Below, one piece after another: positions 38,883 through 48,229 of a DNA stretch of 64,000 bases. The stretch comes from an uncultured Acidobacteriota bacterium (GTDB lineage: Bacteria; Acidobacteriota; UBA6911; RPQK01; JAPXNP01). Location: contig CAVZRV010000027.1 in the NCBI GenBank assembly GCA_963777605.1, forward strand, positions 416,001 to 480,000. The letters run 5' to 3'. The first letter of the stretch is position 1; the number at the start of each line of letters is the position of its first letter. Below the pieces are notes generated by a model. It made no database searches. It had not been told where the DNA came from and saw only the letters and a list, made by a program, of their open reading frames with translations. The position numbers and the translations under genes are program-made.

Positions 38883-39851
38883 CTAGAGAACGCTTTCCCC
38901 TCCGGCCGACAAATCGATTCGATCAACCGGATAGCGGGTCATTTTCAGTCCCGGAGTACCGCGGACGAACGCCGGCGGCGCGAAACCCTTATTCAAGGTT
39001 TCCCGGAAAAACCACCCAAAGGAGTTGAGGCCGGCGGCGACGGCGAGTGTTGAGGCTCCGCCAAATCGCGGGTTGCACTCGATCAGGTGGAGTTCACGCT
39101 GCCGGTCCTCGATCGCCTGAAAGACTGCATGCCCGCGGAGGTCCAGGATCTCCGCCGCCCGGCGGCACAACTTCTCAAGGCGAAGGTGACGGACCACTGT
39201 AGAAACCTGTGACTCTCCTGAGATCACCAGGTCGCGCGACCGAACCACGCAGCCCCAGACCTGCCGCGAGCGGGAACGGTAAAGATCGATGCTGTACTCC
39301 AATCCCTTGACGAACGGCTGAAAGACCGGGTCGGAAAACTCGCTGGCACGCAGCAGTGCATCCCCCTCAGGCACATCGAGCAGGAGCCGTCCGCTCCCCG
39401 ATCCAAAGCGCTCCTTGACAACCCATCGCTGGGTCCCAGCCAATTCACCCGGTTGCGCAAAGGTCGGCACGACTTCCGAGAGTGAATCCAGGGCTTTCGG
39501 AAACTGCAGCTTGTCCCGACAGGCCGTAATCGTTTCGGGGGCACTCACCATCACTTGAACGCCTGCGCCGTTCAACTCCTGGCTCCACCGGGCAAGTGTC
39601 TCCAGTTCCCCATCCCGCGAGGGAATCACCCAACTGATCCCCTCCCCAACGCAGTAACCACCCATATCAGCGACAGTCAACAGGTCAATCCGAGGCATCT
39701 TCCAGAACCGGTCTACGAACGCCCGGGCGATTGCGCGCGAATCCGAGTCAGCTCCGTATAACCGTCCCCCCGGAGCGGCCCGTGCCAGATCCCGGCGCAC
39801 CGCCTGGATCATCGGGACTTTGCGGGACACGCTCGTAATCAGAGCATTCAT
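38883..39851 (-). CDS. ATP-grasp enzyme (CPSase-like/PylC-like)
   Basis: ALITSVSRKV, IPSRDGEL, CRDK, VVKERFGSGS, FQPFVKGLEYSID, IECNPRFGGA. Confidence 0.88.
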   Translation of the reverse strand: MNALITSVSRKVPMIQAVRRDLARAAPGGRLYGADSDSRAIARAFVDRFWKMPRIDLLTVADMGGYCVGEGISWVIPSRDGELETLARWSQELNGAGVQVMVSAPETITACRDKLQFPKALDSLSEVVPTFAQPGELAGTQRWVVKERFGSGSGRLLLDVPEGDALLRASEFSDPVFQPFVKGLEYSIDLYRSRSRQVWGCVVRSRDLVISGESQVSTVVRHLRLEKLCRRAAEILDLRGHAVFQAIEDRQRELHLIECNPRFGGASTLAVAAGLNSFGWFFRETLNKGFAPPAFVRGTPGLKMTRYPVDRIDLSAGGESVL

Positions 39852-41575
39852 AGGTTTTTCAAATGCTGGCGGGACTCTACCAGTGCCCTCAACTCCTCGA
39901 TGATCCGGGGAGTACCATCATCGACCACGGGAAGCTCGATCGGCGGATCGGCTGTGTCGATCCGACCCAGAATTCCATCCAAACCCGAAACCGATTCCAA
40001 GATCAACGGGCTGACGCCCAACCACCCGTAAAACCGTTCCGCGTCGGCCCTGTGAGCGCCGCTGTCGGGCAGGCAGACAGGGATGGACTGCAGGGAAACC
40101 GCCTCGTAGAAACTGGTTCCGAACCCGCTCAAAAACATCCTCGATCTCGACAGGTTCGCGAGGAAATCTGAAGAGAACTCCTCCGGCACCGCGAGACGGA
40201 TTCCTTTCGCGTGAGCCCAAAACCGGATCTGCTCGCGCTGCCTCGGGTCGTGCAGGTAGGCCAGCAAATCAATATCCTTCCGGGAGTTAGAACCCCACAG
40301 TAGTCGAACCTCCCTTCTCAGGATCAGATAGGAAGGGCCCTCGATGACCCTGCGGCCATCACCCTGAAGTTCTCTCCCCTTTCCCAGGACGTTGGGACCA
40401 ATGAGGAGGTCCGCTCCCTTGCTCCACTCCCGGAAATTCTCCACGGCCGCCACACAACCTTTCAGGTTGAACCGCTGTCGCCAACCCGGTCCGGGGTCCC
40501 GCTGATCGAAAATGTCGACAATGACGAGGTCATAGGCACCAAAGTGATTCTCGAATGTCGGGATCGACCGGGCCGAAGGTCTGGCCGGTCGCCCAAACGC
40601 TCCCCAGGAGACGACAAACCCCAGTTCAGAGAGCCCGGCGGCCGCGTCATCGTCGTCGACCACGAACCGAACCGGCCAGCTCAGTCGCTCAACGATCTGT
40701 CGACCGAGTTCAGCACAGCGCATGAGATGGCCAAACCCGTACGACCCACCAGCATCGAGCAGACAAAGTACTTTGCGGGGTCGTTCGTTCACCGTACGCT
40801 GGTGGACGTGGCCATTGATTTTGCGCAACTCCGGGGACTCCTTCAGAAGGCGGACAGCCTCGCGAAGATTGAATTCACGGCCAGCTGCCTGAAGCCGTCG
40901 CCAGATCGCGCTAAAGAACTCGAGATCGGCCACAGTATCGACCGAGAGGCGGTGATAGGGCAGGCAAACTTCCCGTGGGAGAACCAAACGCACGGGATGG
41001 AAAAGATCAGGACGTTGCCCCAAAAGGGGAAACTGGTGCTCTTTCAGCTCCGGCCGGTTGGCGAGATCATCCGCCAACTGCCAGGCCCGAAGCCGCCCTA
41101 TGACGATACCCTCCAGGCCCGGCGCACCCCCCTGCCCCACGATTTGGACATAGTCCCCGTCTTCAGCTTCCGCCAGCCCGGCAACCAGGCTGTCGATCGC
41201 CTCAGCCTGAAGCAGGGGACAGTCCCCACTCACAAGGACTCCGATGTCCGCCCGGTACAATTCGGCGGCCCGCCGCAGGCGCGTAGTGACATGATTGACA
41301 TCGCCCTCATACCAGAAACACTCGAGTCCCCTTTCCCGGCAGAATTCTTGAAGGGGTTCGTTCTCCGGTTCGTCGACCGTAGTCACTACGATCTCATCCA
41401 ACCGGCGGCAGCGGCGCAGTTCATCGATGGTCCACTGAATCAGAGGACGGTCACCAATCGGGCGCAACTGTTTGGCGGGAAGGCGAGAAGATGTCAGCCG
41501 AGCCACCACGAAGGCCACCACGCGGGAATGCCTCTCGGAACACACTGGTTTGCTGACTTCTGAGATCATCGACAA
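39848..41575 (-). CDS. SpsF/PseF-type cytidylyltransferase fused to PseG-like hydrolase domain
   Basis: ARLTSSRLPAKQL, SGDCPL, LSVDT..D; then DAGGSYGFGHLMRC (PseG catalytic His motif), G.SYLILRRE, GTSFYEA. Confidence 0.8.
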   Translation of the reverse strand: MSMISEVSKPVCSERHSRVVAFVVARLTSSRLPAKQLRPIGDRPLIQWTIDELRRCRRLDEIVVTTVDEPENEPLQEFCRERGLECFWYEGDVNHVTTRLRRAAELYRADIGVLVSGDCPLLQAEAIDSLVAGLAEAEDGDYVQIVGQGGAPGLEGIVIGRLRAWQLADDLANRPELKEHQFPLLGQRPDLFHPVRLVLPREVCLPYHRLSVDTVADLEFFSAIWRRLQAAGREFNLREAVRLLKESPELRKINGHVHQRTVNERPRKVLCLLDAGGSYGFGHLMRCAELGRQIVERLSWPVRFVVDDDDAAAGLSELGFVVSWGAFGRPARPSARSIPTFENHFGAYDLVIVDIFDQRDPGPGWRQRFNLKGCVAAVENFREWSKGADLLIGPNVLGKGRELQGDGRRVIEGPSYLILRREVRLLWGSNSRKDIDLLAYLHDPRQREQIRFWAHAKGIRLAVPEEFSSDFLANLSRSRMFLSGFGTSFYEAVSLQSIPVCLPDSGAHRADAERFYGWLGVSPLILESVSGLDGILGRIDTADPPIELPVVDDGTPRIIEELRALVESRQHLKNL

Positions 41576-41579
41576 TAGA

Positions 41580-41813
41580 TCAGCGCTTGCTTAACCGAAG
41601 GCGCTTCAGCAGGTCATCCGAAGGGGATTCGGATCGACTCGCCCTCAAGTTCTGTTCGACGATAGCGTCGTAGACCTCTCGGCGGTGCACCGGGATGCGG
41701 CGGGGGGCGCTGATTCCGACACGGACCTGTTCCGTACCGACGGACAAGATCTTGATCTCGATCTCGTCCCCGATCATGAGACTCTCCCCCGACTTGCGCG
41801 TGAAAACCAGCAT
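41580..41813 (-). CDS. csrA: Carbon storage regulator
   Basis: MLVFTRKSGESLMIGDEI...VRVGISAP...VHRREVY, with C-terminal extension typical of FliW-controlled CsrA. Confidence 0.96.
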   Translation of the reverse strand: MLVFTRKSGESLMIGDEIEIKILSVGTEQVRVGISAPRRIPVHRREVYDAIVEQNLRASRSESPSDDLLKRLRLSKR

Positions 41814-42260
41814 CTATCCTCTCAGCAGCGGCTCGGAAACCGAGTATTCACTACCTAATAGGATAACCTGACTGGCTCGCATTTTTGAAGCGTTTATCAC
41901 CAAGGGAGCAAAAAGGTTCGCGGACGCCTCTTCGGGTGTGCAGCCCAAGGTGACGATCGAGTAGGTCAAGCTGGCTTCGGGCTCTCCCAACTCCAGATCG
42001 GTCTGCTGTTCCCCGGAAAGGTGGAACTCATAATCGGGCCGTACCAACTTCGGGTCGATCAGAGGAAACGAGATGATGGGATCCTCAATCGACTGAAGAA
42101 ACTTCATCGGTTCGAAATCCTGGTTGTCGATCAGAAGAAAATGCCTGAGTGCTTTGAATCCGGGAAGTCCATCGGCAATCTCGATGACGTCCGCATCCAC
42201 GTAGCTGACTTTGCCAAATCGGGCGGTATCAATAGCTGTTTCCATCTGAATCTGTCTCAC
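41814..42260 (-). CDS. fliW: Flagellar assembly factor / CsrA antagonist
   Basis: TARFG, GLPGF, LQSIEDP, LIDP...PDY, ANLFAPLVIN...QVIL. Confidence 0.93.
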   Translation of the reverse strand: MRQIQMETAIDTARFGKVSYVDADVIEIADGLPGFKALRHFLLIDNQDFEPMKFLQSIEDPIISFPLIDPKLVRPDYEFHLSGEQQTDLELGEPEASLTYSIVTLGCTPEEASANLFAPLVINASKMRASQVILLGSEYSVSEPLLRG

Positions 42261-43153
42261 CCCATCATGTCGAAGAGATTTCCCTGCTGCAGTCTTGAAC
42301 CGACGCTCAGGGATGCACGCAATGCGGTTTCTGACTGAACCATCTGCGTCATTGCCTCCGCCATGTTGGCGTCCTCCAGGTTGCTCACCTCGGAAGTCAG
42401 ATCAAGGAGGCGGTCATTGATACGAGAATGGGCGTTCTCGGTCTGATTGATGCTCTTGCTGATTTTGAAGCGGGCTGAATCGACGACCTTTCCCGCTTGC
42501 TGGATCTTCGCGAGGTTCAACTTAGCGGTATCCAGATCTCCAGCCTCGAGGTTTCCGATCAACTGGCTCACGGTGTTCATGAGATCTGTGGAAGGGTCGG
42601 AAAATACCTCGGATCCGGTGACATTAAGGGAGATTTTCTCCCCTTGCGAGACTTCGAGTTGAGAATCGTGATCGTCCCCCTGGTAGGTGAAAGTTCCGCT
42701 GGACTCGGACAGGGGTGGCGTGTCAACCTTGCTCCCGGAGAAGATGTAATTCCCATCGATGCTCGTTTCAGCAAGTTGCTGGAGGTTTTCGAGCTTGCCC
42801 TTGAGTTCGAGAGCTATCGAGCCCCGGCTTTCCTGGCTGGTGGTTCCGTTCAGAGCGAAAGTGGTCTTCTCAGTGATGACAGTGATGAGATTCCTGATCG
42901 AGTTTAGCGCTGAGCTTGCGATGCCCAGCTTGGCCTGGGCGCTGCTGACGTTGCGCAGGTACTGATTCGAACGGGAGAAATCCTCCCGGATTCGAACCAG
43001 GCGGGCACTGTCAGCCGGACTATCCGACGGCCGCTGGATCTTCTTTCCTGTCGATACTTGCTGGCTCCAGTCAAACCAGCGCTTGCGGGAAACATCCAGG
43101 CCACTCAAGAAATCCTGAAGTATGCTGCTCTCTGATACTCTCATCGTCTCCAA
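42257..43153 (-). CDS. flgL: Hook-associated protein 3
   Basis: MRVS...STGKKIQRPSDSP, GNYIFSG, YQGD, LEDANMAEA. Confidence 0.93.
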   Translation of the reverse strand: METMRVSESSILQDFLSGLDVSRKRWFDWSQQVSTGKKIQRPSDSPADSARLVRIREDFSRSNQYLRNVSSAQAKLGIASSALNSIRNLITVITEKTTFALNGTTSQESRGSIALELKGKLENLQQLAETSIDGNYIFSGSKVDTPPLSESSGTFTYQGDDHDSQLEVSQGEKISLNVTGSEVFSDPSTDLMNTVSQLIGNLEAGDLDTAKLNLAKIQQAGKVVDSARFKISKSINQTENAHSRINDRLLDLTSEVSNLEDANMAEAMTQMVQSETALRASLSVGSRLQQGNLFDMMG

Positions 43154-43159
43154 GCTCCC

Positions 43160-44530
43160 CTATTTCACGATATTGAGCGTCTCTTCTAACAGAGAGTCGA
43201 GAACGCGAATCATCTTTGCGCTGGCCTGATAGGCCCTCTGGTACTGAAGAAGATTGACCGCCTCTTCATCGAGAGAGACGCCGGAAACCCCGTCCCTCTG
43301 TGACTCGAGATTTCTCAGCACCTTGTCCTGGAGCTGCAGGTTGGAATCCACTCCCCTGGCGGCCAGGCCAGCGTCAAATATGATCTGCGAGAAGTACTCT
43401 GTCATCGACTGTCCATCCAGGCCGGCCAATCGTGTGTCCCGGAGGTCCGCCAGGGCCTGGGCATTGCTTCCGTCCCCGATTCCTCCTCCCGGACTGGCGG
43501 CCGCCACTTCGCTGTAATCGGTCAGTACAACCGAGATGGTGCGGGCTTCATCGCCGGCGGTCACAGAGAAGAAGTCGCCCCCGGGATTCCCGTTCAAATC
43601 GACGCCATTGGAGTGACCAGCGTTGACCTCGGAGACAAGTGCCGCGGTAAAGGTGTTCAATGAATCCCTCGCCGAAGTCAGAACGGAACTCTGGAAATCC
43701 ATCAGTCCGCCCAGCCGTCCTCCGGTTATTTCGGAACTCATGTCCTCTCCGTTGTACTCGACGTAGGCGCCGCTGGATGTTCTGCTTGCGTCGAGGTGAG
43801 TTACGTCGGATCCAATCAGCAGCAAGCGACCCGAGGTGGTCGTGATACTCATGTTGTACGACTGATCGGTTAGAATCTGGACCGACATTTCTTCGGAGAG
43901 CTGGCTGAGCAGCAGTTGACGTTCATCATAAAGGGCCCCGCCGTCATTGCCCCGGTTGAGCATCGGCTGCAGGTCCTCGTTGATTGAGGCAATCCGGTCG
44001 AGGATTCCGTTGACGCTATTGACTGAATCCTCGATGCGAGTCTTGTTGGACTCGTCCAAAGCATCAAGCTGGGTGGTGGTTGCCCGGATCCTGCGCACCA
44101 CCTCATCCCCCTCGGATATCGTGACTTCTCGCAGAGAAACAGAGGAGGGGTCGCCGGCCAATTCCGAGAAGGAATTGAAGAAGAGCGAGAGTTCGTCCGA
44201 AATACCCTGACCGTCGGCCGGAGAGAGGATGCGTTCCAACTCGGCGACTCCGTACTGCTGGCCCTCGTAAAATCCCTTGCTCTGGTACTCCAATGTGATC
44301 CGGCTCTGGAGAAAGACGTCCCGAACCGACTCGATCCGGTCGATTTCCGCCCCGTTTCCGATCACGCCAAACGAGGTCTCCTGGTACGCCCCGGGCTTGA
44401 AGAGTATTCTCCGTCGACTGTATCCATCGGTATTGACGTTGGCGATGTTCTCATTAACGACGCTTAAGCCAACCTGTGCATTTGACAGGCTGCGCATGCT
44501 GGTTTGGATAGCACCGAACAATCCACCCAT
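43160..44530 (-). CDS. flgK: Hook-associated protein 1
   Basis: NIANVNTDGYSRR, G.G.....IESVRD, SGVSLDEEAVNLLQYQRAYQASAK. Confidence 0.95.
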   Translation of the reverse strand: MGGLFGAIQTSMRSLSNAQVGLSVVNENIANVNTDGYSRRRILFKPGAYQETSFGVIGNGAEIDRIESVRDVFLQSRITLEYQSKGFYEGQQYGVAELERILSPADGQGISDELSLFFNSFSELAGDPSSVSLREVTISEGDEVVRRIRATTTQLDALDESNKTRIEDSVNSVNGILDRIASINEDLQPMLNRGNDGGALYDERQLLLSQLSEEMSVQILTDQSYNMSITTTSGRLLLIGSDVTHLDASRTSSGAYVEYNGEDMSSEITGGRLGGLMDFQSSVLTSARDSLNTFTAALVSEVNAGHSNGVDLNGNPGGDFFSVTAGDEARTISVVLTDYSEVAAASPGGGIGDGSNAQALADLRDTRLAGLDGQSMTEYFSQIIFDAGLAARGVDSNLQLQDKVLRNLESQRDGVSGVSLDEEAVNLLQYQRAYQASAKMIRVLDSLLEETLNIVK

Positions 44531-44532
44531 GG

Positions 44533-44976
44533 TTAAGCCCTCATTCCCCTTCTCAAGGTGCCCTGCCCCGCTCGAATTCCACCTCTGCCGTCGTAGCCCC
44601 GGTGATGGTCGTCGAAAAAGGCCGCCACCAGACCCTGCGCGTGAGCCAGTGAGTGGTGGACGAACCGTCGACTCTTGTGAAGAGCCAATTGAAGTTCGTG
44701 AATCGTACCGTTCAATTCGTCGAGGTGATGCCCCAGGAGGGCCCGGGACTTTCCTTCGCCCGAGGCCAGGAGAGGCTCTCCCCCAGTCGCCTGTAAAATC
44801 TCCTCGTGGAGAGTTCTGACCGCCTCAACCAGAGCGGCCTCTTCCTGGGAGAGCGTTTCAACCCGGTCGAGGTCTTCATCCAGGTACGAGGAGAGTTTCT
44901 CGTCCTCAGTCCGGAGAATTTCCCGGTACAGGTGGGTAAGTCGGATAAGTTGGTCAAACGTCTCGGTAGTGGTCAT
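44533..44976 (-). CDS. flgN: FlgN-like export chaperone
   Basis: Position between flgM and flgK; helical; C-terminal Y...G motif (GYDGRG). Confidence 0.7.
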   Translation of the reverse strand: MTTTETFDQLIRLTHLYREILRTEDEKLSSYLDEDLDRVETLSQEEAALVEAVRTLHEEILQATGGEPLLASGEGKSRALLGHHLDELNGTIHELQLALHKSRRFVHHSLAHAQGLVAAFFDDHHRGYDGRGGIRAGQGTLRRGMRA

Positions 44977-45155
44977 GCTCGTACATCCAGATGATCGCTG
45001 TCACCGGACGCTTCCGTTTCCTTGTCTTCGGAAGCCGTCCTGGACTTGGACTTCGACTGATTCTGGAAGTAGTGGCGGTCCTTCCTCCGATGAGGAGGCC
45101 GGTCCGCTTCCACCCGCTGCCAGCGAGGAAGAACCTGATCGATTTCTCTGATCAT
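44973..45155 (-). CDS. Small hypothetical protein (60 aa)
   Basis: GAAGGGGG RBS; stop overlaps the flgN start (ATGA); ends HLDVRA. Confidence 0.6.
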   Translation of the reverse strand: MIREIDQVLPRWQRVEADRPPHRRKDRHYFQNQSKSKSRTASEDKETEASGDSDHLDVRA

Positions 45156-45223
45156 CTCGTCCCCCTTCGATCAGGCCCTGAAACTGCCGGCAGCAGCTGC
45201 GAGTGCAGATGACCGATGAGACG

Positions 45224-45535
45224 CTAGGCGCTCTTGTCGATCAAACTGCCCATGATGATCGATTCAGCAATTTCCTGGGCCTTGATGTTGTAAGTTCCGG
45301 CGTCGATGCGGGACTCAATCTCGGCAACGCGTTCAGCTCTCACCTCAGGAGCTTCAACAACCCTCTCAGAGAGATACTGAAGTTCTTTACCCTGGACCGA
45401 GAACTCGAGTCGGTCACGGGTCTTCTTCTCAGCGTAAGTCTGTTGCTGCTCCCGCGGGGCTACCTGCTCTTTTTGCGGAGCTTGTAATTCCGGCCGGATA
45501 TAGGGATTATTTCCATCAATCTTCATTGAGCTCAT
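45224..45535 (-). CDS. flgM: Anti-sigma-28 factor
   Basis: MKI...DRLEFS...PEVRAERVAEIESRIDAGTYNIKAQEIAESI. Confidence 0.92.
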   Translation of the reverse strand: MSSMKIDGNNPYIRPELQAPQKEQVAPREQQQTYAEKKTRDRLEFSVQGKELQYLSERVVEAPEVRAERVAEIESRIDAGTYNIKAQEIAESIIMGSLIDKSA

Positions 45536-45562
45536 CCTTGGACTAATCTGCGCCCAATCCTA

Positions 45563-45590
45563 TTATCGGTTCACGGTCCCTACTACTTTA
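45563..45590 (-). promoter_or_regulatory. Sigma-28 promoter of flgM operon
   Basis: TAAA-N16-ACCGATAA on the minus strand. Confidence 0.7.
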
Positions 45591-45635
45591 GCCGAAACTT
45601 TGCCCTGTTTCATCACGTGTACAACCGGCACTCAG

Positions 45636-46358
45636 CTATGCAAGCGGATCGATCAACGTTCCTTCCGCCTCTACTTCCAGATGCAGATGTGGACCTGTCG
45701 ATCGGCCGGTGCTTCCGGCCAGTCCAATCTGCTCTCCTTTCGCGATCTCCTTTCCCTGTTCTACAGACAACTCTTTCAAATGAGCGTAACGGACTCGGAC
45801 CCCACCAGGGCCCTCAACCAGCACAGTGTTTCCATAACCGGTTTGATAACCGCTGAAGACCACCTTGCCCGACGTAAGTGACGAAACCTCGGCACCTTCG
45901 TCAAAGGCCAGGTCAACTCCGCGGTGAAATCGCTGTTCGCCGGTGAACGGGTCATTTCTCCAGCCCACCGGAGAGGTCACCCGGTAACTGGACAGAGCTC
46001 GGGCAAATCGCTTTTCGAGCGACTCCGCCGGCTGTGCCGCAACCGGACTGGCAGACCCGCTGGCATTCTCTCCCTGCTGCTCCAATCGCTCAAAGAGAGG
46101 CTTTGACAACCCAATTCCACCCCTCTGGGCAAGAGCTTGGCCGAGTGCCTGGTCCATCATCGATGCGTAAATGTCCTGCCCGGCGCTACCCGGGAAAAGG
46201 CTGTCCTCATCCGACTCCGGACGCATAACGCTGAGCAACTGCTGGATGAATAACGATTCGAACTCCTGAGCCACCCCCTCGAGTGTCCGGGGTCCTCGCG
46301 TCTTGTCCGTCGAGGTCCCAACGTTCAATTGGGCGATAGTATCCAGTTCAACAGTCAT
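45636..46358 (-). CDS. flgJ: FlgJ rod-binding domain fused to M23 endopeptidase
   Basis: AQEFESLFIQQLLSVMR...YASMMDQ....LAQRGGIGL; then TSPVGWRNDPF...HRGVD...YGN...YAHL...GSTGRSTGPHLHLE. Confidence 0.85.
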   Translation of the reverse strand: MTVELDTIAQLNVGTSTDKTRGPRTLEGVAQEFESLFIQQLLSVMRPESDEDSLFPGSAGQDIYASMMDQALGQALAQRGGIGLSKPLFERLEQQGENASGSASPVAAQPAESLEKRFARALSSYRVTSPVGWRNDPFTGEQRFHRGVDLAFDEGAEVSSLTSGKVVFSGYQTGYGNTVLVEGPGGVRVRYAHLKELSVEQGKEIAKGEQIGLAGSTGRSTGPHLHLEVEAEGTLIDPLA

Positions 46359-46430
46359 TGTCCTTGCTCCCCGTAACTTTCCTGCTCGCCCCGGTTCGCC
46401 CGCATCCTGCAGGCCACCACCCGAAATCCA

Positions 46431-47543
46431 CTAGATGATCTCCAATTCGGACTGTAATGCTCCGGCAGCCTTGATTGCCTGGATGATCGCCAGGATGTCT
46501 CTCGGCGTCGCCCCAATAGAGTTGAGCGCCCGGACCACTTCCTCTATCGTGCTGTCGGGTCCGATAATGACGCTCTTCCCCACGTCTTCCTGAACCTGAA
46601 TCGTTTCCTTGGGAACCACGACCGTCTCACCCTGGCCGAACGAGTTGGGCTGTGAGACCTGGAAATCGGTTCCAATCTGGACCGAAAGCGAACCATGGAC
46701 GATCGTCACCGGTGCAATTTTGACCTCCCCGCCGAAAATGATCGTCCCAGTCTTTTCGTTGAGAACGACCCTGGCAGTGTGATCGACGTCCACCGATTCG
46801 TTCTCGATGCCGGCGATGAACTCAACCATCCGCTCCCGAAACTCCGTTGGCACCGCAATTTCCACAGTGCGGCTGTCGAGAGGGCGCGCAACCGTCGAGG
46901 CCAGTTTCCGGTTGACTGTTTCCGCCAGCCGCGTTGCGGTAGTAAAGTCGGCATCATTGAGGACCAACCGAATCACCGACTTCCCTTGAAGCTCAAAGCC
47001 GACTTCGCGTTCGACCAGCGCCCCCTGGGGAATTCGTCCGGCCGTCGGCTGATTCTTCTGAACAGAGGAAGTGCTCGTCTTGGTCGCAAATCCACCGATT
47101 GACACCGCCCCCTGGGCCACCGCGTAAACCTGGCCATTGCCGGCCTTGAGAGGAGTCATCAGAAGGACCCCTCCCTGAAGGCTGTCGGCGTCGCCGACCG
47201 ACGAGGCGGTCACATCAATTCGCCCTCCCACCCGGGCAAACGGAGGAAGGTCCGCAGTGACCATGACAGCCGCCGTGTTGGATACCTGGATCGAAGTCGA
47301 GTTGACGACGATCCCTTCCAACTGGAGAAGGTTGCTCAAGGTCTGGGTCGTAAAGCGGGTCTGGCGACTGTCTCCAGTCCCGTCCAGACCCACGACGAGC
47401 CCATAACCGATCAACTGGTTGTCACGGACGCCCTGAATGTGCGCCACATCCTTGATGCGGGAGGTCAGTCCCCAGAGCGGAGCAACCGATCCCAGTAAAG
47501 TAATCACACTGAGCAAAACCTTGCTTGTTTTCATGATTTTCAA
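46431..47543 (-). CDS. flgI: P-ring protein
   Basis: RIKD...GVRDNQLIGYGLVVGLDGTGD, AAVMVTA.LPPF, SLQGGVLLMTPL, AAGALQSELEII. Confidence 0.97.
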   Translation of the reverse strand: MKIMKTSKVLLSVITLLGSVAPLWGLTSRIKDVAHIQGVRDNQLIGYGLVVGLDGTGDSRQTRFTTQTLSNLLQLEGIVVNSTSIQVSNTAAVMVTADLPPFARVGGRIDVTASSVGDADSLQGGVLLMTPLKAGNGQVYAVAQGAVSIGGFATKTSTSSVQKNQPTAGRIPQGALVEREVGFELQGKSVIRLVLNDADFTTATRLAETVNRKLASTVARPLDSRTVEIAVPTEFRERMVEFIAGIENESVDVDHTARVVLNEKTGTIIFGGEVKIAPVTIVHGSLSVQIGTDFQVSQPNSFGQGETVVVPKETIQVQEDVGKSVIIGPDSTIEEVVRALNSIGATPRDILAIIQAIKAAGALQSELEII

Positions 47544-48229
47544 AACGGCCAGAATCCTGAAAGGATTCGATAAAGGACGCCCGGTTTCTGGGCTTCCGAG
47601 ACCAGGCCCCGACCGGTTACCGACAACTCCATCTCCGCAATTCGTGCGGACAAAACCGTGTTGGACGGCGAAATGTCGGACGGTCGAACTACCCCTCGCA
47701 ACGTAACGATCTGCCGCTCTCCATTGAGAAGGATTTCTCGATTCCCCTCGATGAGCAGGTTGCGGTTCGGAAATACTTCCGTGACCCGGGCGGTCAGAGT
47801 CGTCGACACGTTACTCTTCCGGGAGGTCGAGGCATCGCCGGCAAACTCTGCGGAACTGTCCGTGTTGATCAGGCTCGGTAACTCGCTGATCTTCTTCTCG
47901 AGTCCGAACAGGCTGGTCGCCGAATTGGCTATGGTCGACGTCTTGGTGCTGTCGGTCGTGGCGCCGCTCACCGCGCTGGTCGATTCCAGCACCTGGACCG
48001 TGACGATGTCCCCCGCGTGCCTGGCCTTGACATCCCGAAAGGCGTCCGAGTAACCGGCCCGGTCGGTCCAGACCGACCCGCTGCCATTGCCGTCCGGCAT
48101 ATTGATGGAACGGGCCTGGCGGGCGTAATCGTCCAGCCCCCTGCTCACACCGGACTGACGACTGGCCGGCCCGCAAGCGGATAGGCCCAGTGCCATCACT
48201 ACGGAAATCAATAGAAACTCTCTTTTCAT
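47540..48229 (-). CDS. flgH: L-ring lipoprotein
   Basis: Lipobox LSAC; FRDVKAR..GDIVTV...E, TARVTEV.PN.NLLIEG, GVVRPSDI...N.V.S..IA, ends WPF. Confidence 0.95.
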   Translation of the reverse strand: MKREFLLISVVMALGLSACGPASRQSGVSRGLDDYARQARSINMPDGNGSGSVWTDRAGYSDAFRDVKARHAGDIVTVQVLESTSAVSGATTDSTKTSTIANSATSLFGLEKKISELPSLINTDSSAEFAGDASTSRKSNVSTTLTARVTEVFPNRNLLIEGNREILLNGERQIVTLRGVVRPSDISPSNTVLSARIAEMELSVTGRGLVSEAQKPGVLYRILSGFWPF

